A stretch of 64,000 nucleotides of DNA from Octopus sinensis (GCF_006345805.1 NC_043024.1:7564001-7628000); one strand, 5' to 3'; shown: positions 1 through 16,001, counted from the first letter of the stretch. Made by a program: numbers and translations. Notes: generated by a model not told the origin, from the letters alone.

Positions 1-97
1 CAAAGAATAAGTCCTGGGGTTTATTTGCTTGACTAAAGGCGTTGCTCCAGCATGGTCACAGTCAAATGACTGAAACAGGTAAAAGAGTAAAAGAGTA
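1..97 (+). mobile_element. 3' tail of tRNA-derived SINE (family A here)
   Basis: Matches the 3' end (CAAAGAATAAGTCC...CAGTCAAATGACTGAAAC..AAAAGAGTA) of the complete copies at 48961-49354 and 62391-62788. Confidence 0.85.
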
Positions 98-344
98 TGG
101 TTTATTATTGTTTACACTTTGAATTGCAAATATATTTGTCGACACCAAAACCTTTTAAGTGTTTCAGGCCTCTAATCCAGGTCTTAATCTGGTTTTGTCC
201 AAAGCATTTAACCTCCATCACAATATTAGGTCATGTAGTTAGATAAAGATCTTCATGAGTTTACATTAATTATCTGTCCTATTTATTCCTAAATTGTGCC
301 ACAAACTAAGGTGGGGGAGATGGTAGAATAGCTACTGTATCAGA

Positions 345-542
345 CAAAATGCTTTGTGGTATTTCATCAATCTATATGTTTTGAGTTCAAATTCCACCGA
401 GGTCGACTTTGCTTTTCATCATTTTGGGGGTCGATTAAATAAGTACCAGTTGCATATTGGGGGTCGATGTAATTGACTAACCCTCCCCTCCCCACAAATT
501 CAGGCCTTGTACTTAAGGTAGAAAGGATTATTATTATTATCA
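345..542 (+). mobile_element. Diverged SINE (family B)
   Basis: GAGTTCAAATTCC B-box-like motif followed by GAGGTCGACTTTGC...AAGTACCAGTT body shared with 16871-17291, 35607-35847 and 59198-59602. Confidence 0.75.
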
Positions 543-550
543 TTAAGATT

Positions 551-856
551 TTTGTTTGTTCCTTCTCGAGCCATTCCTGGCCCATAAGGGCTGGTTTCCT
601 GGTTTCCTTGGCATATAGGTTCCCCACCTGGACGGGGCGCCAGTCCGTTGCAGGTGAGCTACAAGATGCGGGAGGAAAGAGTGAGAGAAAGTTGTGGCGA
701 AAGAGTCAGCAGAAGTTCACCATTACCTTCTGCTGGAACCGCGTGGAGCTTAGGTGTTTTCGCTTATAAACACACACATCGCCCGGTCTGAGATTTGAAC
801 TCGCGATCCCTCGATAACGAGTCCGCTGCTCTAACCACTAGGCCATGTGCCTCCAC
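551..856 (-). mobile_element. tRNA-derived SINE (family C)
   Basis: Minus strand reads GTGGAGGCACATGGCCTAGTGGTTAGAGC (A box) ... GAGTTCAAATCTC (B box), then a body homologous to 61734-62040. Confidence 0.8.
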
Positions 857-1084
857 ATTATTAAGATTAGTGATTGGTAGAAGAGACAATATTCTTGGGG
901 AGGCCCTGTGCATCAAAGACAAGCCACTCTCTTCTGGAGAACTTTTCGCCCAAGACTGACAGATAACATCCAGAAATCCTTAGCCTCACAGTGCTATGAG
1001 GGAGCATTGCCAGTCTAAGATAAACTCTATGGGCATGGAGGTGCCATCAACCAAGCATGTCCGAGATGTGCTCAGGGCAATGAA

Positions 1085-1184
1085 NNNNNNNNNNNNNNNN
1101 NNNNNNNNNNNNNNNNNNNNNNNNNNNNNNNNNNNNNNNNNNNNNNNNNNNNNNNNNNNNNNNNNNNNNNNNNNNNNNNNNNNN
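1085..1184. other. Assembly gap (100 N)
   Basis: Exactly 100 N, a typical placeholder gap, abutting a satellite array whose true length is therefore unknown. Confidence 0.99.
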
Positions 1185-2937
1185 GAAAGTTGATGAGGAT
1201 GTGGAAGGCACTTTATATAAGGGTGGGTGGGCATAGCTGGGAAGAAGATAATATTGTTATGAAGGAGTGCTGGAGGAAGAGCTGAATGGGCAAGGAGAGG
1301 GGATAAGGAAAGTTGATGAGGATGTGGAAGGCACTTTATATAAGGGTGGGTGGGCATAGCTGGGAAGAAGATAATATTGTTATGAAGGAGTGCTGGAGGA
1401 AGAGCTGAATGGGCAAGGAGAGGGGATAAGAAAAGTTGATGAGGATGTGGAAGGCACTTTATATAAGGGTGGGTGGGCATAGCTGGGAAGAAGATAATAT
1501 TGTTATGAAGGAGTGCTGGAGGAAGAGCTGAATGGGCAAGGAGAGGGGATAAGGAAAGTTGATGAGGATGTGGAAGGCACTTTATATAAGGGTGGGTGGG
1601 CATAGCTGGGAAGAAGATAATATTGTTATGAAGGAGTGCTGGAGGAAGAGCTGAATGGGCAAGGAGGGTATAAGAAGTTGATGAGGATGTGGAAGGCACT
1701 TTATATAAGGTGGGTGGGCATAGCTGGGAAGAAGATAATATTGTTATGAAGGAGTGCTGGAGGAAGAGCTGAATGGGCAAGGAGAGGGGATAAGGAAAGT
1801 TGATGAGGATGTGGAAGGCACTTTATATAAGGGTGGGTGGGCATAGCTGGAAGAATATGGATATGTTATACAGGAGTCTGGGAAGCAGAGCGAATGGCAA
1901 GGAAGGGGATAAGAAAAGTGATGAGGATTGGAAGGCACTTTATATAAGGGTGGGTGGGCATAGCTGGGAAGAAGATAATATTGTTATGAAGGAGTGCTGG
2001 AGGAGAGCTGAATGGGCAGGAGAGGGGATAAGGAAAGTATGGAGGATGTGGAAGGCACTTTATATAAGTGCGTGGGCATAGCTGGGAAGAAGATAATATT
2101 GTTATGAAGGAGTGCTGGAGCAAGAGCTGAATGGGCAAGGAGAGGGGATAAGGAAAGTTGATGAGGATGTGGAAGGCACTTTATATAAGGGTGGGTGGGC
2201 ATAGCTGGGAAGAAGATAATATTGTTATGAAGGAGTGCTGGAGCAAGAGCTGAATGGGCAAGGAGAGGGGATAAGGAAAGTTGATGAGGATGTGGAAGGC
2301 ACTTTATATAAGGGTGGGTGGCATATCTGGGAAAAGATATATTGTTATGAAGGATGCTGGACAGCTAGAGCTGAATGGGCAAGGAGAGGGGATAAGGAAT
2401 TGTATGAGATGTGGAAGGCACTTTATATAAGGGGGGTGGGCATAGCTGGGAAGAAGATAATATTGTTATGAAGGAGTGCTGGAGCAAGAGCTGAATGGGC
2501 AAGGAGAGGGGATAAGAAAGTTGATGAGGATGTGGAAGGCACTTTATATAAGGGTGCGTGGGCATAGCTGGGAAGAAGATAATATTGTTATGAAGGAGTG
2601 CTGGAGCAAGAGCTGAATGGGCAAGGAGAGGGGATAAGGAAAGTTGATGAGGATGTGGAAGGCACTCTATATAAGGGTGGGTGGCATAGCTGGGAAGAAG
2701 ATAATATTGTTATGAAGGAGTGCTGGAGGAAGAGCTGAATGGGCAAGGAGAGGGGATAAGGAAAGTTGATGAGGATGTGGAAGGCACTTTATATAAGGGT
2801 GGGTGGCATAGCTGGGAAGAAGATAATATTGTTATGAAGGAGTGCTGGACGAAGAGCTGAATGGGCAAGGAGAGGGGAAGGAAAGTTGATGAGGATGTGA
2901 AAGGGCTTTATATAAGGGTGGGTGGCATAGCTGGGAA
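1185..2937. repeat. 123-bp GA-rich satellite, ~14 copies
   Basis: Unit GAAAGTTGATGAGGATGTGGAAGGCAC...GGAGAGGGGATAAG recurs at 1185, 1308, 1431 and onward (period 123). Confidence 0.97.
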
Positions 2938-3069
2938 AATAAATGTTTTCTAAAAGTGAGTCAGAGAAAAATTTCAAGGAAGAAATATGTGGGTATAATA
3001 GGGGATATGAACAATGGATTATTAATTATGCTAAGATGTTATAAGATGGAGAGAGAAACAATCACTTAC

Positions 3070-3161
3070 CGTCACACTCCAAATGACCATCCTTTTTACA
3101 GGTACATATTCTTCCGGAAAAGGCCCGAATGGATAGACCATATTATCGTAGGGACAACCAT
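3070..3161 (-). CDS. Exon of Cys-module repeat gene (module 6), with apparent 1-nt deletion
   Basis: Acceptor TTAATTTATTATAG| and donor |GTAAGT. Reads (D)GCPYDNMVYPFGPFP, and after a one-base shift RICTCKKDGHLECD, completing the same C..YPxGP..CxC..G..C module. Length 92 nt, where 93 is expected. Confidence 0.75.
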
Positions 3162-3239
3162 CTATAATAAATTAATGATTGGTGTGTACAGTGATTGAAA
3201 GGTACAAAAATAAAGGTATTCATAATTTGACTCATAAAA

Positions 3240-6200
3240 GAACACACACGCATGTATAACACATTAGCAAATTCTGTTCCACACACACAACAACACACAT
3301 GTATAACACATTAGCAAATTCTGTTCCACACACCCCCATGTATAACACATTAACAAATTCTGTTCCACACGACACACATGTTAACGTATTAGCAAATTCT
3401 GTTCCACACACACGCATGTATACCCATTAACAAATTCTGTTCACACACATACACGCATGTTATAACATATACCAAATTCTGTTTCACACATACACGCATG
3501 TATAACATATTAACAAATTCTGTTCCACACATACACACATGTATAACATATTAACAAATTCTGTTTCACACATACACGCATGTATAACATATAACAATTC
3601 TGTTCCACACATACACGCATGTATAACATATTACAATTCTGTTTCACACATACACACATGTATAACACATTACAAATACTGTTCCACACAACACGCATGT
3701 ATAACACATTAACAAATTCTGTTCCACACTCACACGCATGTATAACATATTAACAAATTCTGTTCCACCATACACGCATGTATAACTATTAACAATTCTG
3801 TTCCACACATACACGCACATGTATCATATTAAAATTCTGTTCCACACATACACGCATGTATAACACATTAGCAAATTCTGTTCACACATACACGCATGTA
3901 TAACACATTAGCAAATTCTGTCCACACACACGCATGTATAACACATTACAAATTCTGTTCCACACATACACGCATGTATAAACACATAACAAATTCTGTT
4001 CCCACATACACGCATGTATAACATATTAACAATTCTGGTCCACACACATACCGCATTATAACACATTAACAAATTCTGTTCCACACATACACGCATGTAT
4101 AACACATTAGCAAATTCTGTTCCACACTACACGCATGTATAACATTATTAACAAATTCTGTTCCACACATACACGCATGTATAACACATTAGCAAATTCT
4201 GTTCCACACACACACGCATGTATAACACATTAGCAAATCTGTTCCCACATACACGCTGTATAACACATTAGCAAATTCTTTTCCACACATACACGCATTA
4301 TAACATATTAACAAATTCTGTTCACACACACACGCATGTAACATATTAACAGTCTGTTCCACACACACACGCATGTATAACACATTAGCAAATTCTGTTC
4401 CAACCACACACGCATGTATAACATATTAACAATTCTGTTCCACACATACACGCATGTATAACACATTAACAAATTCTGTTCCACACACACGCATTTATAA
4501 CACATTAGCAAATTCTGTTCCACACACACACGCATGTATAACATATTAACAAATTCTGTTCCACACATACACACATGTATAACATATTAACAAATTCTGT
4601 TCCACACATACACGCATGTATAACACATTAACAAATTCTGTTCCACACATACACGCATGTATAACACATTAACAAATTCTGTTCCACACACACACGCATG
4701 TATAACATATTAACAAATTCTGTTACACACACACGCATGTATAACATATTAACAAATTCTGTTTCACACATACACACATGTATAACATATTAACAAATTC
4801 TGTTCCACACATACACGCATGTATAACACATTAGCAAATTCTGTTCCACACATACACGCATGTATAACACATTAGCAAATTCTGTTTCACACATACACAC
4901 ATGTATAACACATTAGCAAATTCTGTTCCACACATACACGCATGTATAACATATTAACAAATTCTGTTCCACACATACACGCATGTATAACACATTAACA
5001 AATTCTGTTCCACACATACACGCATGTATAACATATTAACAAATTCTGTTTCACACATACACACATGTATAACATATTAACAAATTCTGTTCCACACATA
5101 CACGCATGTATAACATATTAACAAATACTGTTCCACACATAGACGCATGTATAACACATTAACAAATTCTGTTCCACACATACACGCATGTATAACACAT
5201 TAGCAAATTCAGTTCCACACATACACGCATGTATAATATATTAACAAATTCTGTTTCACACATACACACATGTATAACATTAACAAATTCTGTTCCACAC
5301 ATACACGCATGTATAACATATTAACAAATTCTGTTCCACACATACACGCATGTATAACACATTAGCAAATTCTGTTCCACACATACACGCATGTATAACA
5401 CATTAACAAATTCTGTTCCACACATACACGCATGTATAACACATTAGCAAATTCTGTCCCACACACACACGCATGTATAACATATTAACAAATTCTGTTC
5501 CATACATACAAGCATGTATAACATATTAACAAATTCTGTTCCACACATACACGCATGTATAACACATTAGCAAATTCTGTTCCACACACACACACATGTA
5601 TAACATATTAACAAATTCTGTTCCACACATACACGCATGTATAACACATTAACAAATTCTGTTCCACACATACACGCATGTATAACACATTAGCAAATTC
5701 TGTTCCACACATACACGCATGTATAACATATTAACAAATTCTGTTCCACACATACACGCATGTATAACACATTAGCAAATTCTGTTTCACACATACACAC
5801 ATGTATAACATATTAAAAATTCTGTTTCACACACACACGCATGTATAACATATTAACAAATTCTGTTTCACACATACACACATGTATAACATATTAACAA
5901 ATTCTGTTTCACACACACACGCATGTATAACATTAACAAATTCTGTTCCACACACACACGCATGTATAACATATTAACAAATTCTGTTCCACACATACAC
6001 GCATGTATAAACATTAGCAAATTCTGTTCCACACACACACACGCATGTATAACACATTAGCAAATTCTGTTTCACACACACACGCATGTATAACACATTA
6101 GCAAATTCTGTTTCACACACACACGCATGTATAACACATTAGCAAATTCTGTTTCACACATACACGCATGTATAACACATTAGCAAATTCTGTTCCACAC

Positions 6201-9200
6201 ATACACATGTATAACACATTAGCAAATTCTGTTTCACACACACACGCATGTATAACACATTAGCAAATTCTGTTCCACACACACACACGCATGTATAACA
6301 CATTAGCAAATTCTGTTCCACACATACACATGTATAACACATTAGCAAATTCTGTTCCACACATATACGCATGTATAACACATTAGCAAATTCTGTTTCA
6401 CACACACACGCATGTATAATATTAGCAAATTGTTTCACACATACACACATGTATAACATATTAGCAAATTCTGTTCCACACACATGTATAACACATTAGC
6501 AAATTCTGTTTCACACATACACGCATGTATAACACATTAGCAAATTCTGTTTCACACACACACGCATGTAACACATTAGCAAATTCTGTTTCACACATAC
6601 ACGCATGTATAACACATTAGCAAATTCTGTTCCACACACACACGCATGTATAACACATTAGCAAATTCTGTTTCACACACACACGCATGTATAACACATT
6701 AGCAAATTCTGTTTCACACATACACGCATGTATAACACATTAGCAAATTCTGTTCCACACACACACGCATGTATAACACATTAGCAAATTCTTTTTCACA
6801 CATACACGCATGTATAACACATTAGCAAATTCTGTTCCACACATACACGCATGTATAACACATTAGCAAAATTCTGTTTCACACACACACGCATGTATAA
6901 CACATTAGCAAATTCTGTTTCACACATACAGGCATGTATAACACATTAGCAAATTCTGTTCCACACACACACGCATGTATAACACATTAGCAAATTCTGT
7001 TTCACACATACACGCATGTATAACACATTAGCAAATTCTGTACCACACACACACGCATGTATAACACATTAGCAAATTCTGTTTCACACACACACGCATG
7101 TATAACACATTAGCAAATTCTGTTTCACACATACACGCATGTATAACACATTAGCAAATTCTGTTCCACACACACACGCATGTATAACACATTAGCAAAT
7201 TCTGTTCCACACACACACGCATGTATAACACATTAGCAAATTCTGTTTCACACATACACGCATGTATAACACATTAGCAAATTCTGTTCCACACACACAC
7301 GCATGTATAACACATTAGCAAATTCTGTTCCACACACACACGCATGTATAACACATTAGCAAATTCTGTTCCACACACACACGCATGTATAACACATTAG
7401 CAAATTCTGTTTCACACACACACGCATGTATAACACATTAGCAAATTGTTTCACACATACAGGCATGTATAACACATTAGCAAATTCTGTTTCACACACA
7501 CACGCATGTATAACACATTAGCAAATTCTGTTTTACACATACACGCATGCATAACACATTAGCAAATTCTGTTCCACAGACATACGCATGTATAACACAT
7601 TAGCAAATTCTGTTTCACACACACACGCATGTATAACACATTAGCAAATTCTGTTTGACACATACACGCATGTATAACACATTAGCAAATTCTGTTCCAC
7701 TCATACACGCATGTATAACACATTAGGAAATTCTGTTCCACACACACACACACATGTATAACACATTAGCAAATTCTGTTTCACACATACACGCATGTAT
7801 AACACATTAGCAAATTCTGTTTCACACACACACGCATGTATAACACATTAGCAAATTCTGTTTCACACATACACGCATGTATAACACATTAGGAAATTCT
7901 GTTCCACACACACACGCATGTATAACACATTAGCAAATTCTGTTCCACACATACACGCATGTATAACACATTAGCAAATTCTGTTCCACACACACACGCA
8001 TGTATAACACATTAGCAAATTCTGTTTCACACATACACGCATGTATAACACATTAGCAAATTCTGTTTCACACATACACGCATGTATAACACATTAGCAA
8101 ATTCTGTTCCACACACACACGCATGTATAACACATTAGCAAATTCTGTTTCACACATACACGCATGTATAACACATTAGCAAATTCTGTTCCACACACAC
8201 ACGCATGTATAACACATTAGCAAATTCTGTTTCACACACACACGCATGTATGACACATTAGCAAATTCTGTTTCACACATACACGCATGTATAACACATT
8301 AGCAAATTCTGTTCCACACACACACGCATGTATAACACATTAGCAAATTCTGTTTCACACACACACGCATGTATAACACATTAGCAAATTCTGTTTCACA
8401 CATACACGCATGTATAACACATTAGCAAATTCTGTTCCACACATACACGCATGTATAACACATTAGCAAATTCTGTTCCACACACACACGCATGTATAAC
8501 ACATTAGTAAATTCTGTTTCACACACACACGCATGTATAACACATTAGCAAATTCTGTTCCACACATACACGCATGTATAACACATTAGCAAATTCTGTT
8601 TCACACATACACACATGTATAACATTTTAACAAATTCTGTTTCACACATACACGCATGTATAACATATTAACAAATTCTGTTCCACACACACACGCATGT
8701 ATAACACATTAGCAAATTCTGTTCCACACATACACGCATGTATAACATATTAACAAATTCTGTTCCACACATACACGCATGTATAACACATTAGCAAATT
8801 CTCTTTCACACATACACACATGTATAACATATTAACAAATTCTGTTTCACACACACACGCATGTATAACATATTAACAAATTCTGTTTCACACATACACA
8901 CATGTATAACATATTAACAAATTCTGTTTCACACACACACGCATGTATAACATTAACAAATTCTGTTCCACACACACACGCATGTATAACATATTAACAA
9001 ATTCTGTTCCACACATACACGCATGTATAACACATTAGCAAATTCTGTTCCACACACACACGCATGTATAACACATTAGCAAATTCTGTTTCACACACAC
9101 ACGCATGTATAACACATTAGCAAATTCTGTTTCACACACACACGCATGTATAACACATTAGCAAATTCTGTTTCACACATACACGCATGTATAACACATT

Positions 9201-12200
9201 AGCAAATTCTGTTCCACACATACACGCATGTATAACACATTAGCAAATTCTGTTTCACACACACACGCATGTATAACACATTAGCAAATTCTGTTCCACA
9301 CACACACACGCATGTATAACACATTAGCAAATTCTGTTCCACACATACACGCATGTATAACACATTAGCAAATTCTGTTCCACACATATACGCATGTATA
9401 ACACATTAGCAAATTCTGTTTCACACACACACGCATGTATAACATATTAGCAAATTGTTTCACACATACACACATGTATAACATATTAGCAAATTCTGTT
9501 CCACACACATGTATAACACATTAGCAAATTCTGTTTCACACATACACGCATGTATAACACATTAGCAAATTCTGTTTCACACACACACGCATGTATAACA
9601 CATTAGCAAATTCTGTTTCACACATACACGCATGTATAACACATTAGCAAATTCTGTTCCACACACACACGCATGTATAACACATTAGCAAATTCTGTTT
9701 CACACACACACGCATGTATAACACATTAGCAAATTCTGTTTCACACATACACGCATGTATAACACATTAGCAAATTCTGTTCCACACACACACGCATGTA
9801 TAACACATTAGCAAATTCTTTTTCACACATACACGCATGTATAACACATTAGCAAATTCTGTTCCCACACTACACGCATGTATAACACATTAGCAAATTC
9901 TGTTTCACACACACACGCATGTATAACACATTAGCAAATTCTGTTTCACACATACAGGCATGTATAACACATTAGCAAATTCTGTTCCACACACACACGC
10001 ATGTATAACACATTAGCAAATTCTGTTTCACACATACACGCATGTATAACACATTAGCAAATTCTGTACCACACACACACGCATGTATAACACATTAGCA
10101 AATTCTGTTTCACACACACACGCATGTATAACACGTTAGCAAATTCTGTTTCACACATACACGCATGTATAACACATTAGCAAATTCTGTTCCACACACA
10201 CACGCATGTATAACACATTAGCAAATTCTGTTCCACACACACACGCATGTATAACACATTAGCAAATTCTGTTTCACACACACACGCATGTATAACACAT
10301 TAGCAAATTCTGTTCCACACATACACGCATGTATAACACATTAGCAAATTCTGTTCCACCCACACACGCATGTATAACACATTAGCAAATTCTGTTCCAC
10401 ACACACACGCATGTGTATAACACATTAGCAAATTCTGTTTCACACATACACGCATGTATAACACATTAGCAAATTCTGTTCCACACACACACGCATGTAT
10501 AACACATTAGCAAATTCTGTTTCACACATACACGCATGTATAACACATTAGCAAATTCTGTTCCACACACACACGCATGTATAACACATTAGCAAATTCT
10601 GTTCCACACACACACGCATGTATAACACTTTAGCAAATTCTGTTTCACACACACACGCATGTATAACACATTAGCAAATTCTGTTCCACACATACACGCA
10701 TGTATAACACATTAGCAAATTCTGTTCCAGACACACACGCATGTATAACACATTAGCAAATTCTGTTTCACACATACACGCATGTATAACGCATTAGCAA
10801 ATTCTGTTCCACACACACACGTATGTATAACACATTAGCAAATTCTGTTTCACACATACACGCATGTATAACACATTAGCAAATTCTATTCCACACACAC
10901 ACGCATGTATAACACATTAGCAAATTCTGTTTCACACACACACGCATGTATAACACATTAGCAAATTCTGTTCCACACACACACGCATGTATAACACATT
11001 AGCAAATTCTGTTTCACACATACACGCATGTAAAACACATTAGCAAATTCTGTTCCACACACACACGCATGTATAACATATTAGCAAATTCTGTTTCACA
11101 CATACACGCATGTATAACACATTAGCAAATTCTGTTCCACACACACACGCATGTATAACACATTAGCAAATTCTGTTTCACACATACACGCATGTATAAC
11201 ACATTAGCAAATTCTGTTCCACACACACACGCATGTATAACACATTAGCAAATTCTGTTTCACACATACACGCATGTATAACACATTAGCAAATTCTGTT
11301 CCACACACACACGCATGTATAACACATTAGCAAATTCTGTTTCACACATACACGCATGTATAACACATTAGCAAATTGTTCCACACACACACGCATGTAT
11401 AACACATTAGCAAATTCTGTTTCACACACACACGCATGTATAACACATTAGCAAATTCCGTTTCACACATACACGCATGTATAACACATTAGCAAATTCT
11501 GTTCCACACACACACGCATGTATAACACATTAGCAAATTCTGTTTCACACACACACGCATGTATAACACATTAGCAAATTCTGTTCCACACACACACGCA
11601 TGTATAACACATTAGCAAATTCTGTTTCACACATACACGCATGTATAACACATTAGCAAATTCTGTTCCACACACACGCATGTATAACACATTAGCAAAT
11701 TCTGTTCCACACATACACGCATGTATAACACATTAGCAAATTCTGTTCCACACACAAACGCATGTATAACAAATTAGCAAATTCTGTTTCACACACACAC
11801 GCATGTATAACACATTAGCAAATTCTGTTTCACACATACACGCATGTATAACACATTAGCAAATTCTGTTCCACACACACACGCATGTATAACACATTAG
11901 CAAATTCTGTTTCACACATACACGCATGTATAACACATTAGCAAATTCTGTTCCACACACACACGCATGTATAACACATTAGCAAATTCTGTTTCACACA
12001 CACACGCATGTATAACACATTAGCAAATTCTGTTTCACACATACACGCATGTATAACACATTAGCAAATTCTGTTCCACACACACACACGCATGTATAAC
12101 ACATTAGCAAATTCTGTTCCACACACACACACACATGTATAACACATTAGGAAATTCTGTTTCACACACACACGCATATATAACACATTAGCAAATTCTG

Positions 12201-15200
12201 TTCCACACATACACGCATGTATAACACATTAGCAAATTCTGTTCCACACAAAGACGCATGTATAACACATTAGCAAATTCTGTTCCACACACACACGCAT
12301 GTATAACACATTAGCAAATTCTGTTTCACACATACACGCATGTATAACACATTAGCAAATTCTGTTCCACACACACACGCATGTATAACACATTAGCAAA
12401 TTCTGTTTCACACACACACGCATGTATAACACATTAGCAAATTCTGTTTCACACACACAGGCATGTATAACACATTAGCAAATTTGTTTCACACATACAC
12501 GCATGTATAACACATTAGCAAATTCTGTTTCACACACACACCATGTATAACACATTAGCAAATTCTGTTTCACACATACAGGCATGTATAACACATTAGC
12601 AAATTCTTTTTACACATACACGCATTGCATAACACATTAGCAAATTCTGTTCCACACACATACGCATGTATAACACATTAGCAAATTCTGTTTCACACAC
12701 ACACGCATGTATAACACATTAGCAAATTCTGTTGCACACACACACACGCATGTATAACACATTAGCAAATTCTGTTTCCACACACATACAGGCATGTATA
12801 ACACATTAGCAAATTCTGTTTACATACACAAACATACACGCATGCATAACACACTTAGCAAAAATTCATTGTTTCCACACACATACGCATGTATAACACA
12901 TTAGCAAATTCTGTTTCACACACACACCATGTATAAACACATTAGCAAATTCTGTTTCACACATCACACGCATGTATAACACATTAGCAAATCTGTTCCT
13001 TCCACACACACACGCATGTATAACTATTAGCAAATTCTGTCCACACACACACACATGTATAACACATTAGCAATTCTGTTTCACACACACACGCATGTAT
13101 AACACATTAGCAAATTGTGTTTCACACACACACATCATGTATAACACATTAGCAAATTCTGTTCCACACATACACGCATGTATAACACATTAGCAAATTC
13201 TGTTCCACACATACACGCATGTATAACACATTAGCAAATTCTGTTCCACACATACACGCATGTATAACATTAACAAATTCTGTTCCACACATACACGCAT
13301 ATATAACACATTAGCAAATTCTGTCCACACACACACGCATGTATAACACATTAGCAAATCTGTTCCACACACACACGCATGTATAAAACATTAGCAAATT
13401 CTGTTTCACACACACACACGCATGTATAGCACATGATAACACATTAGCAAATTCTGTTCCACACATACACGCATGTATAACACATTAGCAAATTCTGTTT
13501 CACACATACACACATGTATAACATTAACAAATTCTGTTCCACACATACACGCATGTATAACATATTACAAATTGTTCCACACACACACGCATGTATAACA
13601 CATTAGCAAATTCTGTTCCACACATACACGCATGTAATACATATTAACAAATTCTGTTCCACACATACACGCATGTATAACACATTAGCAAATCTCTGTC
13701 ACCATACACCATGTATAACATATTAACAAATTCTGTTTCACACACACACGCATGTATAACCTATTAGCAAATTCTGTTTCACACATACACACATGTATAA
13801 CTTTAACAAATTCTGTTTCACACACACACGCATGATAACATATTAGCAAATTCTGTCCACACACACAACGCAAATTCTGTTCCAAACACGCATGTATAAC
13901 ACTTAGCAAATTCTGTTCACACATACCGCATGTATAACACATTAGCAAATTCTGTTCCACACACACACGCATGTATAACACATTAGCAAATTCTGTTTCA
14001 CACACACACGACGCATAAAAACACGCATTTTAACACATTAGCAAATTCTGTTCCACACACACACGCATGTATACACATTAGCAAATTCTGTTCCACACAC
14101 CATGCTTCATAACACATTATGCAAATCCTGTTAACAGCATTCCATAACACACGCATGTATAAAACTAGCACATTAGCAATTCTGTTTCACACACACACAT
14201 GTACAACGCGCATGTACAATCAGATATACACATTAGCAAATTCTGTTCCACACACACACGCATGTATAACACATTAGCACATTCTGTTTCACACACACAC
14301 GCATGTATAACACATTAGCAAATTCTGTTCACACATACAGCATGTATAACACATTAGCAAATTCTGTTCCACACACACAACGCATGTATACACATTAGCA
14401 AATTCTGTTTCACACATAACATGCGCTGTATAACACATTAGCAAATTCTGTTCCACACATACACGCATGTATAACATATTAGCAAATTCTGTTCCACACA
14501 TACACGCATGTATAACACATTAGCAAATTCTGTTCCACACAACACGCATGTATAACAATTAGCAATTCTGTTCCACACACACACGCATGTATAACACATT
14601 AGCAAATTCTGTTTCACACACACACACGCATGTATATCACATTAGCAAATTCTGTTCCACACACATCGCATGTATAACACATTAGCAAATTCTGTTTCAC
14701 ACATACACATGTATAACATATTAACAATTCTGTTTCACACATACACGCATGTATAACATATTAACAAATTCTGTTCCACACACACACACGCATGTATAAC
14801 ACATTAGCAAATTCTGTTCCACACATACACGCATGTATAACAATTAACAAATTCTGTTCCACACATACACGCATGTATAACACATTAGCAAATTCTGTTT
14901 CACACATACACACATGTATAACATATTAACAAATTCTGTTTCACACACACACACAAAACACAAGCCGCATGTATAACATATTAACAAATTCTGTTTCACA
15001 CTACACACATGTATAACATTAACAAATTCTGTTCCACACATACACACATGTATAACATATTAACAAATTCTGTTTCACACACACACGCATGTATAACATA
15101 TTAACAAATTCTGTTTCACACATACACACATGTATAACATATTAACAAATTCTGTTTCACACATACACACATGTATAACATATTAACAAATTCTGTTCCA

Positions 15201-16001
15201 CACATACACACATGTATAACATATTAGCAAATTCTGTTTCTCACACACACACACGCATGTATAACATATTAACAAATTCTGTTCACACTACACCATGTAT
15301 ACATATTAACAAATTGTTTTCACCATACACACATGTATAACATATTGCAAATTCTGTTCACACACACACGCATGTATAACATATTAGCAAATTCTGTCCA
15401 CACATAACGCCTGTATAACACATTAGCAATTCTGTTCCACACACACACGCATGTATAACATATTAACAATTCTGTTCACACACACACACGCATGTATAAC
15501 ATATTAACAAATTCTGTTCCACACACACACGCATGTATAACACATTAGCAAATTCTGTTTCACACACACCACACGCATGTATAACACATTACAAATTCTG
15601 TTTCACACACCCCACGTATAACAATTAGCCACTCCAACACACGCATGTATAACATATTAGCAAATTCTGTTTCCACACATACACGCTGTATAACATTAGC
15701 AAATTCTGTTCAACACACACACACGCATGTATAACATATTAACAAATTCTGTTTCACACACACACGCATGTATAACATATTAACAAATTCTGTTCCACAC
15801 ATACACGCATGTATAACACATTAGCAAATTCTGTTTCACACACACACGCATGTATAACATATTAGCAAATTCTGTTTCACACATACACGCATGTATAACA
15901 CATTAGCAAATTCTTTTTCACATATACACGCATGTATAACACATTAGCAAATTCTGTTCCCACACACACAAGCATGTATGACACATTAGCAAATTCTGTT
16001 C
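3240..16001. repeat. 41-bp satellite, ~310 copies
   Basis: Unit AACACATTAGCAAATTCTGTTCCACACATACACGCATGTAT (e.g. CCACACATA at 4561 and 4602). Confidence 0.99.

Noticed and set aside
865-1084. Possible GIY-YIG or LINE remnant (…LGEALCIKDKPL…)
   Set aside because: Only a weak motif resemblance, interrupted by stops and truncated by the gap; cannot be supported.
3240-16001. CRISPR-like array
   Set aside because: No unique spacers: monomers abut directly, the context is eukaryotic and no cas genes are present. The same applies to the 63/64-bp and 150-bp arrays.
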